The position numbers were made by a program, and so were the translations under genes. DNA of 64,000 bases from Cirrosporium novae-zelandiae (taxonomy: Eukaryota), in NCBI GenBank assembly GCA_026023565.1, contig JAPETS010000005.1:558001-622000 (forward strand), written 5' to 3'. The notes under the pieces were generated by a model. It searched no databases, had not been told where the DNA came from, and worked only from the letters and a program-made list of their open reading frames with translations. This document shows positions 62,496 to 64,000 of the stretch, one piece after another; position 1 is the first letter of the stretch; each line of letters starts with the position of its first letter.

Positions 62496-64000
62496 ATGGA
62501 AGGAGTAGACGCAGATCCTGGAGATCAATTGAGTCGAATTAACAAGGTCCAAACCCTTCCTGCTCGAAAACCAACTTCAACTAATCAAGAGGGGGATTCG
62601 ATATGGAAGTCTACAAGTACGCAGCAAGTGTCTCAACTCACCACTCCCAAGGTACCTCTAACACAACTCTACACAGGCTATCCGCTCTCAGAGCTTCACC
62701 GCTATGAATCCTGGCACTCTCGAGTCGATCAATATGACGCCCGCCGAATATTTCAATTAGAAGAGGAGGATAATGCTCGAGGCAATAAGAACGGCGGAAC
62801 AGGACAAGACGCCAAGACGGTTGTGTCTTTTAGTCGTAATGACCCGGAGTGTGCATACAATTGGTCCAAGAAAAAGAAGAATATAGTTCGGACAGTCTAT
62901 ATCATCGCTGTTCTTAACTCGACCTTTGGTTCAGCACTTCCCAGTGGTGCCATAAGTTTCATTGGAGAATATTTCCATGTAACAAGCGAACTCCAACTCG
63001 TCCTTCCCATCTCTATGTTTCTTGTCGGTTATGTACTGGGACCCCTCGTCTTTTCCCCGCTCTCCGAACAATACGGTCGTAAAAAGATAATGGTCGGATC
63101 TTTTACCTGCTTCACAGCCTTTACCCTGGGCTGCGCATTGGCACCCAATTGGCCTGCTCTGCTTGTATTCAGATTTTTAGCCGGTATCAATGCATCTACA
63201 CCTATAAGTGTTGTAGGTGGTCTGTTTGCAGATTTGTATAGCGACCCCACCGAGCGCGGCAAGACAATGGCCTATTTCATGTTGGCCACGACCGTCGGCC
63301 CTCCAGTAGCCCCCATTGTTTCTGGCTTCGTCTCGGTAGTGAGCTGGCGCTGGGCTTTCTGGATCGGCTTCATCTTCGCCTGCGTCACTTTTGTCCCTCT
63401 CGTTTTCATGCCCGAGACGTACGGCCCCATAATACTCAAATATCGCGCCCAACGTCTCCGCAAGGAAACCGGAAACCCCAACATATTCGCCCCAATCGAG
63501 CTCGAAGGTACAGGCACAAAGCAACTGCTGCTCGTTACACTTAGCCGTCCCATCCGCATGTTTTTCTTCGAAGCCCTCACCCTCTTCACATGTCTTTATC
63601 TCGCCCTCGCATACGCCATTTTCTATCTCTTCTTTGAAGCCTACCCCCTAATCTTCCAAGGAATTTACGGCATGTCCGCAGGCGTCTCTGGCCTGGCCTT
63701 TCTCCCCATACTTCTCGGCGCGTGCTTCTCGACTGCCATATTCCTCTACTATAACAGCATCCTCACAAAAGCGAAAAAAGCTCGCAAACCATGGGCCGAA
63801 ATAGAGGAGTACCGACGTTTGCCTCTTGCGTGCATCGCCGGTCCACTCTGGACTGTTGGGCTCTTTTGGCTTGGCTGGACCTCCCGTGCCAGCATCCACT
63901 GGATTGTGCCTATGCTCGCAGGCATCCCGCTGGGTTGCGCGTTCCTTCTTCTCTTCATGGCCTTGATAAACTACCTTACGGATGCGTACTCTATCTTCGC
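62496..64000 (+). CDS. MFS multidrug transporter, DHA1 family (runs off window end)
   Basis: Open frame from ATG 62496: DPECAYNWSKKKK, PLSEQYGRK, ADLYSDPTERG, WRWAFW, MPETYGPIILKYRAQRLRKETG, EEYRRLP, NYLTDAY. Confidence 0.9.
   Translation, partial: MEGVDADPGDQLSRINKVQTLPARKPTSTNQEGDSIWKSTSTQQVSQLTTPKVPLTQLYTGYPLSELHRYESWHSRVDQYDARRIFQLEEEDNARGNKNGGTGQDAKTVVSFSRNDPECAYNWSKKKKNIVRTVYIIAVLNSTFGSALPSGAISFIGEYFHVTSELQLVLPISMFLVGYVLGPLVFSPLSEQYGRKKIMVGSFTCFTAFTLGCALAPNWPALLVFRFLAGINASTPISVVGGLFADLYSDPTERGKTMAYFMLATTVGPPVAPIVSGFVSVVSWRWAFWIGFIFACVTFVPLVFMPETYGPIILKYRAQRLRKETGNPNIFAPIELEGTGTKQLLLVTLSRPIRMFFFEALTLFTCLYLALAYAIFYLFFEAYPLIFQGIYGMSAGVSGLAFLPILLGACFSTAIFLYYNSILTKAKKARKPWAEIEEYRRLPLACIAGPLWTVGLFWLGWTSRASIHWIVPMLAGIPLGCAFLLLFMALINYLTDAYSIF

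Overview
Eukaryotic DNA from a filamentous ascomycete (Pezizomycotina-type short GT-AG introns with CTRAC-like branch sites); no rRNA, tRNA or CRISPR array was recognised. Three blocks. (1) 1-16.6 kb: part of an atrochrysone/emodin-type polyketide gene cluster, cut at the window start. It holds a TE-less non-reducing PKS (SAT-KS-MAT-PT-ACP), a metallo-beta-lactamase-type thioesterase, an EthD decarboxylase, two paralogous GedG-type methyltransferases and two unassigned genes. (2) 17.5-31 kb: an accessory island of mostly secreted proteins. It holds a mucin-like Kex2-type precursor whose C-terminal domain resembles a bacterial polymorphic-toxin RNase (Ntox47-like), a divergent Cys-rich secreted partner, an RCC1-like propeller, a rhamnogalacturonan acetylesterase, and a head-to-head pair of KP4 killer-toxin-like genes. 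That pair is separated by three nested mobile-element remnants showing RIP-like mutation. (3) 32-64 kb: mostly core genes (Hst3-type sirtuin, septin Cdc3, Pom33, GABA permease, two MFS transporters, prefoldin 4), plus an ATP-grasp protein and a homeodomain-C2H2-kinase fusion. All family calls come from motif recognition by eye; no database search was run.
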